In this document: positions 20,653-30,780 of the stretch, piece after piece
Layout: each line of letters begins with the position of its first letter
Position numbering within the stretch: position 1 is the stretch's first letter
NCBI GenBank assembly: GCA_027317865.1
Contig: DAHVQG010000003.1
Span: forward strand, 32,001 to 96,000
Length of the DNA: 64,000 nt
Reading direction: 5' to 3'
DNA from: Bdellovibrionales bacterium
GTDB taxonomy: Bacteria; Bdellovibrionota; Bdellovibrionia; Bdellovibrionales; UBA1609
Translations under genes and position numbers: made by a program
The notes under the pieces: model-generated
The model's input: the letters and a program-made list of their open reading frames with translations, nothing else
Told to the model about the DNA's origin: nothing
The model's database searches: none

Positions 20653-21928
20653 TCAGATAATCAAAATGGGTTGAGATGAAAAGCTTTTCGGCATTGTAGC
20701 GAGTTGTCTGTACGTCCAACACATCTTGAGTTGTTGCGATACCACGCCGGTAGTCGCTCATTCCGCGAATTAAAGCCTGGCGGGCAATGAGGTCGGCTTG
20801 GCGCGCGAGTAGTAGGCGTTTGTAGCTCGCTTTTAACTCGGTAAGTTCAGACTGTAGTTGTGCTCCGATCTGCAATTGCGAGGCTTCGAGGGCACGTGTT
20901 GCGCTTTCGGTTTGCTCCGCGTAGCTACGTCGCTTGTAAATGGAACTGAGCCCCGAGAACAACGGCACTTTGAGCTCCAGCATGACTTGTGAAAAGTTAT
21001 TATTGGGATCAATCCACATCGACGCGTTTGCCGATTGGTAACCGTATTCACCGGTCAAATAAAGGCTGGGCATATCTTGCGACAAGTCTACGGCCTTTTG
21101 ATTGGCAATTTCGTTACGTTGTTTTTTAAGCAGCAAAATGTCGGGATTATCGACCATGGCTTTTGCCACGGCATCGATGGTGTTGAGGACTTCGACCTTT
21201 TCTGAAACTAATTTAGTTGGTACAGCAATTTCAGGCGGCTCGGGGAGCGCCAAAAGTTGGCGCAATTGCTCTAGTTGCTGCTTGAGTTGTGACTCGGCAT
21301 TATTTTGGTCGGCTCGCGCTGAGAGCAGATTAACGTCGGCCTGCATTTCATCAATGACGCGCGCGCGGCCAATTTTACGGTAGTACCGTATGACATTGTC
21401 GTAGTTACGCAGGATTTCGACGTTTTTAGTCGCCGCGTGGGCGAGGTGATATTGTTCAGCATAATTGTAATATGCCGTCACAAGATTCAGCACAAGATTT
21501 TGCTTATCCGATTGATTTTGAAGCATTTGAGCTTGTTCCATTTGCCGGCGCAAGGCAATGCCACTTGAAATCAATCCGCCAACGTAAAGTGGCTGAGATG
21601 CTCCGATATAGCTTTTGTAAAACTGGTTGCCGAACATCGCCGATAGCGGGCTGCTGGTTGTAGTTGAAGTGAAACCCGCATAGTGGTTCATTGTTTCGCT
21701 GGCGTCGGCGTAAATAGTCGGAAACACTCCCGCTTTATATTCGTTCGTTTGTGCGCGCATGCTGGCCAGACTGGCGTCGTCTTTTTTAATTATGGGCGAG
21801 CGATCAATGCCAATTCGCACAATTTCTGCCAATTGCAATTTGCGGGCTTGGCTTGTGCTCGAAATGAAGACAGCTGCTGCCAAAAATAAGAAGGTCGCAA
21901 GCCGTGTTGCTTCGTGAGTAATTCTCAT
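20591..21928 (-). CDS. TolC-family outer-membrane protein
   Basis: Signal peptide; QPLYVGG and LKVPLFSG repeats. Confidence 0.9.
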   Translation of the reverse strand: MRITHEATRLATFLFLAAAVFISSTSQARKLQLAEIVRIGIDRSPIIKKDDASLASMRAQTNEYKAGVFPTIYADASETMNHYAGFTSTTTSSPLSAMFGNQFYKSYIGASQPLYVGGLISSGIALRRQMEQAQMLQNQSDKQNLVLNLVTAYYNYAEQYHLAHAATKNVEILRNYDNVIRYYRKIGRARVIDEMQADVNLLSARADQNNAESQLKQQLEQLRQLLALPEPPEIAVPTKLVSEKVEVLNTIDAVAKAMVDNPDILLLKKQRNEIANQKAVDLSQDMPSLYLTGEYGYQSANASMWIDPNNNFSQVMLELKVPLFSGLSSIYKRRSYAEQTESATRALEASQLQIGAQLQSELTELKASYKRLLLARQADLIARQALIRGMSDYRRGIATTQDVLDVQTTRYNAEKLFISTHFDYLITLATARKLMGVDLERVYGQ

Positions 21929-22094
21929 GTTGAACACCTCATTCATCCATAGTTTAGAAGATGCCTGACTGCGTGCCCAGACCTGAAATTGTTGAAGGAA
22001 TGTTAAAGATAGGCTATGAATTGTGGCTTCGTAACGGTGATTAGTCACTTCGAGTCGCGATTCGCCGATATTTTGGCAAACGGATCGTGGATAA

Positions 22095-22170
22095 GCGGGT
22101 GTAGCTCAGTTGATAGAGCGTCGGCTTCCCAAGCCGAAGGTCGTGGGTTTGAGACCCATCACCCGCTCCA
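22095..22170 (+). tRNA. tRNA-Gly(CCC) with non-canonical A19 and U56
   Basis: GCGGGTG acceptor stem, TCGGC-TTCCCAA-GCCGA anticodon arm, ends TCCA. Confidence 0.93.
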
Positions 22171-22257
22171 AGCTAAGGTTTTGAAAACCTTAAGCTTACC
22201 GGATCGCGACCCACCTTCGACTTAAGTTTATTTAGGATCTTGCCACAAATTTGCCAC
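22171..22257. other. Post-tRNA hairpin and tandem TTGCCAC repeats (att-like remnant)
   Basis: AGCTAAGGTTTTGAAAACCTTAAGCT hairpin; TTGCCAC at 22240 and 22251. Confidence 0.45.
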
Positions 22258-22262
22258 GGATT

Positions 22263-22555
22263 TCATTCAAGATTATAGCCAATGGTTTCGTATACGTTTT
22301 TCAGCAGAAATATCGTAGGGTTTAATTCTGCGATAATTACTTTCAATTGGTCACATTCAGATTTCAACTCTGTCATCGCGATTGTCGTTGAATCAAAAAT
22401 GGGCTCGTTGGGCGTATTTAACCTTCGGCCCTGTCCAATCCAGTACTTTGCTGTTGTTCGAGGAATATTGAGATGAGGGAATAGGTTTGTTCGTCCCGTT
22501 TTTACAAATAGCGATTTTACCCACGGCTCATAAGAAGCATACTTACGTCGTCTTT
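22263..22555 (-). pseudogene. N-terminal fragment of a transposase-like protein
   Basis: Reads RRRKYASYEPWVKSLFVKTGRTNLFPHLNIPRTTAKYWIGQG (HTH-like) then a coiled coil; no catalytic domain follows. Confidence 0.55.
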
Positions 22556-24732
22556 ACTGATAATCGCGGCGCAGTTAACCACATAACAGTGTTACTCATA
22601 CTCGTACAGCGCAATATTATTATTTACAGTTAAAACTGCGTAAATTTTCGAGTTGAGAGTAAATAGAGAATCAACGACTTCACCGCTCGGTGCTAAGGTT
22701 GACATTTGCGTAACAGTACTGCCGTTGTATGAATAAAGATGCGGCTTTCCTGAAGCATCGTTGGCTTGAAAATAAACAATTGAATTGATCACCGCTTCCA
22801 GAATTGGTGAATCGTTGCCTCCCCCGCTAGTATTCGAAATTTGGGAAACAGATGTACCATCATACTTGTATAAATGCTGATTTGAATTCGCATCGTTATT
22901 TATAAAAAAAAGATTTGGCCCGTCAAAGTCGAGAGCGCTTGGACTATCAGTGCTTGCGTTGGTGATTTGTTTCACAGTCGAACCATTATAGTAATATAGG
23001 TGTTGTGTGCCTCCGGAATCGTTAGCAGTAAAATAAAGTGTGGATCCATTGAGGGTTAGATTTGACGGACCGTCATTACCGCCCCCGCTTGTATTTGAAA
23101 CCTGCGCTACTGTTGTGCCATTGTAAAAGTAAATATGGTCATCTCCACTTGAATTGTGCGCTGAAAAATAAATTCCTGAACTTGTCGGGGTAAAAAGACT
23201 GTAATAGCTATTTGCATAACCTAAAATAAAACCGCCAGACTGGTTTAGATCGCTATTGCCTGGTCCAGATGTCGATGACACTTGAAGTACCGAGGTGCCA
23301 TTATAAAAATACAAGTGCGAGTAACCTCCACTGTCTTCTGCGCCAAAATAAAACCCAGAGCCCGAGAGAGTTAGATCGCCAGGATAATCGTTGCCGCCGG
23401 AGCTTGTATTTGAAATTTGTGTGACGGTTGAACCGTTATAGACATAAATATGTTCGTCACCTGTTGAGTTGGCTCCAACAAAATATAAATTTGACCCGGA
23501 TACCGTTAGGTTTTGCGGATGATCACTGCCGCCCGAGCTGGTGTTTGAAATTTGGGTCACGCTTGTGCCATTGTAGCAATAGATATGACTTTTAGATGAA
23601 GCCACGCCAACAAAGCAAAGGTTCGTACCGAACGGCGTCAGGTATAAAATATTTTGAAAGTTCGTGGCTGTGATTTGTGATGCAGTTGAACCGTTATACA
23701 TATAGACGTTTTCTTGCCCGAGTGCATTTGCCGCCGTGAAATAAAGATTGCCGTTGAGCGGGGTTAGGTTACTTGCAATATAGCTGGCGAAGTCGTTGCC
23801 GCCATTTGTGTTTGTGGTATTCGAGACTTGTTGAAAATGGGTGCCGTCGAAACTGAAAATATGTTCACGTTCTATGTTATTAAGTTGGCCCCACAGTGAG
23901 TCGTAATAAGGGCCTGAAAAGTTTTCTGAATCAATGGAGTAGCTCGTTAGAGTCGTAAAGTAGGCGTTGTTACCGCCAATAGTTGGAGTGCCAATGTTAT
24001 CGTCGCCCGCAACGTTATTGCTAGGTTGGCTGAGCTTTGAAACGGAGCTGCCATTGTAAAGATACAAGTGAGTATAGCCGCTAGAGTCGGCCGCCGAAAA
24101 ATAGACATTGCTCCCTGAAATTCCGAGCACCGTAGCGGCATCCCCTCCCGATGGGTTAGTCGATGAAATTTGCGTTACGTTTGTCCCGTTATATAAATAA
24201 AGATGTCCGTAACCGTTTGAGTCATGTGCTGAAAAATACAGATCGCCGCCTGAAACCATGAGGCCAAATGGATTGTCATTGCCGCCAGAGCTCGTATTGG
24301 AAATCTGTGTGACGGTTGAGCCGTTCGTGTAATATACGTGATAATCTCCTGTTGTAGTCGGGTCGTCGACAAAATAAGCATCAGTTCCGGATGCAACAAG
24401 GTCGTAGTCTGAAGCTGAGTTTGATAGTAAAGTAGTTGAGGAGCCATTATAAACAAAGAGTTGGAAAAAATTAAAATAAACATTCGAACCTGCGGGGACG
24501 GCATTGGTAAAATTGCCCGCTGACGTTAAGCTGTAAAGGTTGGATATGGTGCTGCCATTAAAACTACCCAGGGTTTTGAGAAACGTTGAGCTATTTAGGT
24601 AACCAAAATAAACTTTACCAGAACCGGCAAAGAGTCCGCTTAAGGCCATTAATCCCGTGGGCACTGATGTAGTTGTGCTACCATTCCAAGCATAAACATA
24701 GGTGTGGTTGATCCAATACAGATATGCGCCGA

Positions 24733-26089
24733 GAGGGCGAAAATTTTTTTGTGTAAACCAACCAAGTTAATAGATCAGTTCACAGTTTCTGGGATGCGGT
24801 CGCCAAAAACAATTTTTAGCTGACCGAGCATCTGAGCCCAGCCGAGCTTACTCTTAAACGCCCCCTTTAAGTCAAGTGTCGCGAGATAGAGCATCTTTTT
24901 TAAAGCGTCGTCCGTTGGGAAGGCGCCCTTGGTTTTCGTGACCTTGCGGTACTGACGGTGCAGCGCCTCGACGGCATTTGTCGTGTAAATCATTTTTCGT
25001 ATCTCCGGCGGAAAGGCGTAAAATGTCGATAAATTCGTCCAGTTATTCTTCCACCCCGCAACAGCAGACGGACACTTTGGCGACCACTTTTCATCGAGCT
25101 TTAATAAATTTGTCTCGGCCACGTCGAGCGTCGGCGCCCGGTAAACCTCTTTCAGATCCGCCAGAAATTCCTTGTGATACTTCGAGCCCAAGTAACGAAG
25201 CGACGCCCGAATTTGGTGCACCACGCAGAGCTGAATCCGCGTATTCGGGTACGCACTTTCGATAGCCTCTGGGAAGCCCTTAAGTCCGTCGACACAAGCG
25301 ATTAAAATATCCTTCACGCCGCGAAGCTTGAGGTCGTTTAAAACCGTCAGCCAAAAATGGGCGCCTTCGGTTTCAGCAAGCCACAGGCCAAGTACATCGA
25401 CTTTGCCGTCGAGATTGATGCCCATGCAGGTATACGCGGCTTTCGATATGACCTTGGCGTCCTGGCGGATTTTGTAGTGGATAGCATCCATAAAAACCAC
25501 CGCGTAAACGTCGTCAAGAGCCCGCTGTTGCCACGCTTGCACGCCCTCTAAGACTTTATCGGTGATTTTTGAAATGAGCGCCTGCGACACTTCAGTGCCA
25601 TAAAATTCTTGCAGCTGTTGGCCGATATCGCGAGTCGACATCCCGCGTGCGTACATCGATGTCACGCGTCTTTCGAGATCGGGATCGAAGCTTTGGTGCT
25701 TAACCACAAACTGCGGCTCGAACGTGCCTTTGCGATCACGGGGGATTTCGATTTCAACTTCGCCCGAAGACGTTTTTATTTTTTTTGTTGAAAATCCGTT
25801 CCGACTGTTATCGGGAGATTTACCGTTTTTCTGATACGGCTCGTAACCGAGATGCGCCTCTTGCTCCGCTTTCAAAATTCTCTCGACGGTGCCCTTAATC
25901 ATTTCTTGCACAACGCCATTACTTCCTGTGAGATCAGAAAGTGACTTCACATTCTTAAGCATCTCCGTCACTTTCGCGACGTCGAACGGTGGGATTTCTT
26001 TTTCCATTTTCCAGCTCCTTCCATGGGTGGACTTCAAAAATCCTAACCCATATTGTTTGGGCTGGTTACACAAAACTTTTTACACTCCC
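24733..26089 (-). mobile_element. IS256-family insertion sequence (1357 bp)
   Basis: Imperfect IRs GGGAGTGTAAAAAGTTTTGTGTAA and GAGGGCGAAAATTTTTTTGTGTAA; 8-bp TSD TGCGCCGA at 24725-24732 and 26090-26097. Confidence 0.95.
24775..26007 (-). CDS. IS256 transposase
   Basis: SRNG..IPRDR, MYARGMSTRDI, DGLKGF, QLCVVH and YTTNAVE motifs. Confidence 0.97.
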   Translation of the reverse strand: MEKEIPPFDVAKVTEMLKNVKSLSDLTGSNGVVQEMIKGTVERILKAEQEAHLGYEPYQKNGKSPDNSRNGFSTKKIKTSSGEVEIEIPRDRKGTFEPQFVVKHQSFDPDLERRVTSMYARGMSTRDIGQQLQEFYGTEVSQALISKITDKVLEGVQAWQQRALDDVYAVVFMDAIHYKIRQDAKVISKAAYTCMGINLDGKVDVLGLWLAETEGAHFWLTVLNDLKLRGVKDILIACVDGLKGFPEAIESAYPNTRIQLCVVHQIRASLRYLGSKYHKEFLADLKEVYRAPTLDVAETNLLKLDEKWSPKCPSAVAGWKNNWTNLSTFYAFPPEIRKMIYTTNAVEALHRQYRKVTKTKGAFPTDDALKKMLYLATLDLKGAFKSKLGWAQMLGQLKIVFGDRIPETVN

Positions 26090-26716
26090 TGCGCCGACGC
26101 CCACTAACTCTAATCCGTAGCTTCCAGGATTTGCGACATCCGATCCGCCCGGGTTGTTATTTGAAATTTGCACAGTTGTTGAGCCATTGTATTCATAAAC
26201 ATGGCTGTGCGAAGCGGAGTCATCGGCAACATAATAAAGATCGCCACTCCACCAGGTTAAATTTGTTGGAGAATCGTTGCCGCCGGCGCCTGCCGTGCTC
26301 GAAATTTGAAACACTTTTGAGCCATCGTATTCGTAAACATGCTGATTCCCAGTCGAGTCGTTGGCTACGAAATAGAGATTTGTATTATCGGTAACGAGAT
26401 CCGTCGGGGTATCGCTGCCCCCGTTGCTTGTATTAGAAATTTGTACTGCATTTGTGCCGGTGTACTCAAATACATGTTCACCTGTTGTGCCTGTAGCCAC
26501 GTAATACGGCGTTGACCCGACGAACACCATGTCGTGGGGATCTTCGCTTTGGTTGGTGTACGAAACACGTATCATCTGTAGCTGAGTTTGTGGCTGCTGG
26601 TGCACTGTGATTTCAACCCATACCTTTCCACAACCTGTAAGGCTGATCAAAGGTGCCAGAAATAAAATCATTGCGACTAAAGCCGCTAATCGGAAACGTC
26701 CAGTCCGCATAATTAC

Positions 26717-26743
26717 TTATCGGCAAATTTTATGAGCTTATTA
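26717..26743 (-). promoter_or_regulatory. sigma28/FliA-type promoter, predicted leaderless start
   Basis: TAAT-N15-GCCGATAA-GTAATT-ATG. Confidence 0.65.
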
Positions 26744-27315
26744 CATTAGTCATGAATCATATTGAGATTCTTAATTTTAATTTGAGAAAAAATAACGCAT
26801 TAGAAGATTTTCCGTTCTATAGTTTTTAGCGGAACAGTTTGTTCACCGGAGGTACGTGGAATGGCCCCCAAATCAACAGGACAGTTGTGTTGTAGTAAGG
26901 AGAAGTGATGGAATTACTAAGAAACTCACGCCGGCGCCGAGATTCGCGGACCGACACTCAGTTTTCGAATTCATTCATTCTAAGCAGTGACATCGCGTCC
27001 TTCGTTGCCAACGCGTTAGTCACGCCGTATGCAATACCAACGGTCAACACAATTGCAAATCCGCCGATTGATCGATTACCGTTACCTTCGAATGTGGGCC
27101 GACCGGGGTCGCCAAGTCTACTGGCATAAAGCTCGCGTTGAGTTTCTTTGAGGCGCAAAATTATGCCCCCCTTGGATCGTCTATTATAGAGACACTGACT
27201 ATTTCCTATACGCTAAAAACTCACACGATGGATAGGGCCTGGCCCATGGTATGCATAAGCAAGAGATAATAGGGTTGAGCTATGGACTTAAGCGCCGATG
27301 AAGTAAACTGGGGAG

Positions 27316-27918
27316 GTGAATACGAAAAACAAAACAATCTACGGTTCCATTTCAATCGTTTTTGTCGCTTCTTTATTTCTATTTCAGAATTGTGCCAAAA
27401 ATCCAAATTTGAGTTCTTATAGCCAACAAGCTTCGACGAGTCCGACACCCACTCCAACTTCTTCCTCTAATCCAACTCCGACACCTTCAACTCAATATCC
27501 AATAAGTGTGGCCCTAGCCGTGTTTGTACAGAGCTATACATCAACCTTGACACTTACGTCTGCGCCGACAAATCCGATTGATATTGGTTACTATTATTCA
27601 GTTGCGTCGCCTGTGCCAAGCGATTTAACAAATTCGAACTTTACTGAAACTATTGAATCATCAAGTGGCTATTTTGCTGCGCAAATGACTTTTCCAAATA
27701 TCATAAATGCCAACGTCCCCGTCGTGAACGGGCAAATGAGTGAGGGCCTCGCAACCGGCATTCAGTTGCCTTCGAATCTGCCACCTGGGACTTACACGCT
27801 TGCCATTGAATTTACAGATTCTTCAGGTAATCCCATCTCTATGCACCCAGAAACAGGTGTGTCACAAGATCAATTTCACTCGGGATACTATGATGTGGGC
27901 ACACTCATAATGAAATAA
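27316..27918 (+). CDS. Lipoprotein with FQNC signal, PT linker and Ig-like beta domain
   Basis: GGAGGTG start context; LFQNC; SPTPTPT linker. Confidence 0.75.
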   Translation: MNTKNKTIYGSISIVFVASLFLFQNCAKNPNLSSYSQQASTSPTPTPTSSSNPTPTPSTQYPISVALAVFVQSYTSTLTLTSAPTNPIDIGYYYSVASPVPSDLTNSNFTETIESSSGYFAAQMTFPNIINANVPVVNGQMSEGLATGIQLPSNLPPGTYTLAIEFTDSSGNPISMHPETGVSQDQFHSGYYDVGTLIMK

Positions 27919-27928
27919 GCACGTATCA

Positions 27929-28240
27929 TTGGACACCGAAGTGTACTGGTATAACGACACAAGCAATTCTTACTCGGGGGGCTTCCCGTTTGACTCAACT
28001 AATGGCGGTTCGTCTTATAGTCCAATCGCTAGCGGCGATGATCAAACCTTTAAAATAACCAGTGGATCGGCGAATTTTATTTACACGTATAATTCTGTGA
28101 ACTCGACTACGTATACAACCTATCCGGCTGGGCAGTCGATAACGATTGACGGTGGAGTGGCTGGCAAATTAACTTTCGTCCCGTCGTCCACGCAACCTTC
28201 CAGTACAACCGAAAGCGACTCAGTGATGGTTTTGCAATAG
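27929..28240 (+). pseudogene. Orphan S/T/Y-rich beta-domain fragment
   Basis: Composition typical of an extracellular domain, but no signal peptide and only a weak TTG start. Confidence 0.45.
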
Positions 28241-28477
28241 TGGCGGTTACTTCATCTTAACGTCAGTAAAATTCCCGATGCGCTGGTCATCCAACAAGGT
28301 GGATGACCTTAGAATTTTTGATCATACTAATTGACGTCATAACCGATCCTTTAGGCAGAGCGATAACGCCAAGAAATAATTTCTCAAAGATCAGAATTTT
28401 CATCGTAGCGAAGTAAAACTGTGGTCAACATTCGCCATTTATGCGAAGCGAGTCACAGTTAAAGTTGGGGGATATTC

Positions 28478-29350
28478 ATGAAAATCGCCGCACTCGCGTT
28501 TTTGTTATTGTATTGCTGCACAATTTTGGCCATTACGGGAGGCAAAACGGTTTCACCAAGTGATCCTATTGCCAAACACCTCGCTTATCTCGAAATGTAT
28601 GGAGCTAACGGGCAGCCATACAATTGCACGAGCGTCATTATCGCCAAGAATATGCTTCTCACTGCAGCTCATTGCGCGAAGTTTTACGCTCCGTGGAGGA
28701 TGTGGGCGGCATTTACAACTCAAGTTCAAAAATACAATCAAAATTGGGCATCCGCAGAATATAAAAAGGGCAATCTTATACAGGTAAAAACATATGCTGT
28801 GAATAAAGCCTATGTCGTATACGAATCACCTTCTTATAACTTCAAAACGGAAACAACAAAGCAATACGACAAAATAGCCGATCAATACTTTGCCAACTAC
28901 GTCCGGCACGCCGCCGATCTTGCTGTTGTTGTTTTAACAAAAAATATTCCGCCTGGATTTCAACCCGTGCCCATTTATCAAGGACAAATTTCAGACAATA
29001 CGATTCTTACGATTAGTGGATATGGGCTAAACAGCGTTCAGGATTACCTCGGTGGTGCCGTTAACACGTTCACACTTCGCAAAGTGCGGATGAAGATCAA
29101 CCAGATTAACAAAAATACTTTTGGTAGTAACGGAGTTTCGCAGACGGACTCCGTTTGTAGTGGCGACTCGGGCGGCGCGGCGTTTATCCGACAAAACGGA
29201 AAGCTTTATTTAGCCGGAACAACAATTCTTGGTTCGTGTGGCAAAAACCGCGAACAGAACATTTTCGAGCAAGACAAAACGTTTAAAAATTGGATTTTGA
29301 ATCAAGCCCCGGCCCAAGCACAAAAGTTTCTCGCTAAGGTTACGAATTAA
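28478..29350 (+). CDS. Secreted trypsin-family (S1) serine protease
   Basis: ITGG N-terminus; LTAAHC, DLAVV and CSGDSGG motifs. Confidence 0.95.
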   Translation: MKIAALAFLLLYCCTILAITGGKTVSPSDPIAKHLAYLEMYGANGQPYNCTSVIIAKNMLLTAAHCAKFYAPWRMWAAFTTQVQKYNQNWASAEYKKGNLIQVKTYAVNKAYVVYESPSYNFKTETTKQYDKIADQYFANYVRHAADLAVVVLTKNIPPGFQPVPIYQGQISDNTILTISGYGLNSVQDYLGGAVNTFTLRKVRMKINQINKNTFGSNGVSQTDSVCSGDSGGAAFIRQNGKLYLAGTTILGSCGKNREQNIFEQDKTFKNWILNQAPAQAQKFLAKVTN

Positions 29351-29385
29351 GACATCAGTTATTGGCGGCGAAGGCAGCCGTAATA

Positions 29386-29799
29386 TTATTTGCCGTCGCA
29401 TTCAGCAATGGCTTTCAGGGTGGATTGATTCACGTAATACGGTTTCGACGTTGTGAAACAATCCAAAAAACCACTGCCGGCTCTATTGCATTTATTTACG
29501 GCCGCAGCTGAATTGAACCAGCCCGAATTTAGCGCTGTTGAATAACAGTCGTCAAAACCGCCCGCAGCTCTTTTGCACTCGTCGACAGCTTGGATATGAG
29601 TATACCGTCCCGTATTTAATGCGTCCTTATAGCAATCGGCAAAGCCGCTACCGGCTCTGTTACATTCTCCGATTGCATCCACTCTGGGGATCCACCCTTT
29701 TGCGGCTGAATAGCAATCGCTAAAACCTGACGCAAAAACCGGTTGACTCAAGGTAAAAAACAATAAGAACAAAACAAAAATAGATTTGCGGTGTGGCAT
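29386..29799 (-). CDS. Secreted protein with four two-cysteine repeats
   Basis: Signal peptide; 4 x [SG]GFxDC[YF]..A[IV]x[EK]C. Confidence 0.8.
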   Translation of the reverse strand: MPHRKSIFVLFLLFFTLSQPVFASGFSDCYSAAKGWIPRVDAIGECNRAGSGFADCYKDALNTGRYTHIQAVDECKRAAGGFDDCYSTALNSGWFNSAAAVNKCNRAGSGFLDCFTTSKPYYVNQSTLKAIAECDGK

Positions 29800-29966
29800 C
29801 TCGGACCTCCAGGCGTCTTTGCGATCTCACATAATTCAATAATTGTGCCACTGCTAAACGAGCCCCGGCCGACGGGTGGGGCGATGAGCTGCTTAATTGG
29901 TAGACATAATGAGGACGAAAATTGGCGCTTCGAAAATCCGGCAGCCGCATCTCAAGGTAAATTAGT

Positions 29967-30329
29967 CTATGATTTTTCTTTTAGTTTAAATATGTCAGCG
30001 ATTGCCCGATCAAAACTGTCTTTGGGCATAAAACCAGACGACATAACCGGGTCGCCTGCAACTGGGATGAACAATACGGCGGGGATGCCGCGAATCCCAA
30101 ACATGGCCGCTAATTCGGGCGACGCTTCGGTATCGACTTTGTAGACATCGATTTTGCCGGCATAGGCAGTTGCAACTTCTTGCAATACCGGGGCAAGTGC
30201 ACGGCATGGCCCACACCAATCGGCATAAAAGTCGACGATAACCGGGCGTTCGCCGTTATATGCCCACTCCTTATTAGTTTCATAGTTGAACACTTTCGCT
30301 TTGAATGTTTCATTATTTAAAACTTCCAT
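29967..30329 (-). CDS. Thioredoxin
   Basis: DFYADWCGPC. Confidence 0.95.
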   Translation of the reverse strand: MEVLNNETFKAKVFNYETNKEWAYNGERPVIVDFYADWCGPCRALAPVLQEVATAYAGKIDVYKVDTEASPELAAMFGIRGIPAVLFIPVAGDPVMSSGFMPKDSFDRAIADIFKLKEKS

Positions 30330-30349
30330 CTTGCACCACCTTTTAAAAT

Positions 30350-30379
30350 ATAATATATTATCATTTTATAATATGTCAA
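30350..30379 (-). promoter_or_regulatory. sigma70 promoter overlapped by a palindromic ArsR-type operator
   Basis: TTGACA on the minus strand (30374-30379); ATATTAT-N6-ATAATAT at 30355-30374. Confidence 0.6.
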
Positions 30380-30447
30380 TTTGATGATTGACGAATCTTA
30401 TAATGAAACAGTCGGGGTTGAAATAACAGCGCGCCGGAGGGTTTAAA

Positions 30448-30756
30448 ATGGCAACGGCCATATCGATTCAAAAGATAGAACGAACATGCGAGGACGTCAG
30501 CCAAATTTTAAAAGCTTTGGCGCACCCGGGTCGTCTTTTAATTTTAGGTCATCTTCTGAATGGGCCCAAAACGGTGACCGAATTGACGGACTTGTGCCAC
30601 ATTTCGCAGTCGCAGATGTCGCAATTTCTTATGCGAATGAAGATCGAGGGGCTTGTGAGTGTCGAAAGCGATGGAAAGTATCGAATTTATTCTGTCGCCG
30701 ATAAACGTCTCGGCCGCCTGCTCATGACGATTCAGCACGAATATTGCCAAAATTAA
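30448..30756 (+). CDS. ArsR/SmtB regulator, BigR/SqrR/YgaV-like
   Basis: LKALAHPGRLLIL, SQSQMSQFL and C-terminal YC. Confidence 0.9.
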   Translation: MATAISIQKIERTCEDVSQILKALAHPGRLLILGHLLNGPKTVTELTDLCHISQSQMSQFLMRMKIEGLVSVESDGKYRIYSVADKRLGRLLMTIQHEYCQN

Positions 30757-30780
30757 ATCGCAAACGCGAGGAGGCCAATT

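Larger units (their letters stand above)
22592..26710 (-). pseudogene. Repeat beta-propeller lipoprotein (ELWxxDGT-like repeats) interrupted by IS256; 917 aa when restored
   Basis: Removing the IS and one TSD joins ..LELVGVGA|YLYWINHTYVYAWNGS.. in frame (2754 bp); lipobox LTGC. Confidence 0.9.

Noticed and set aside
22016-22225. 69-aa ORF across tRNA-Gly
   Set aside because: Spurious frame overlapping the tRNA
22592-24664. Repeating ~135-bp units as a CRISPR array or DGR template/variable pair
   Set aside because: They are degenerate in-frame protein repeats; no cas genes or reverse transcriptase are in the window
26905-27158. Two short overlapping ORFs
   Set aside because: No recognisable motif or convincing RBS
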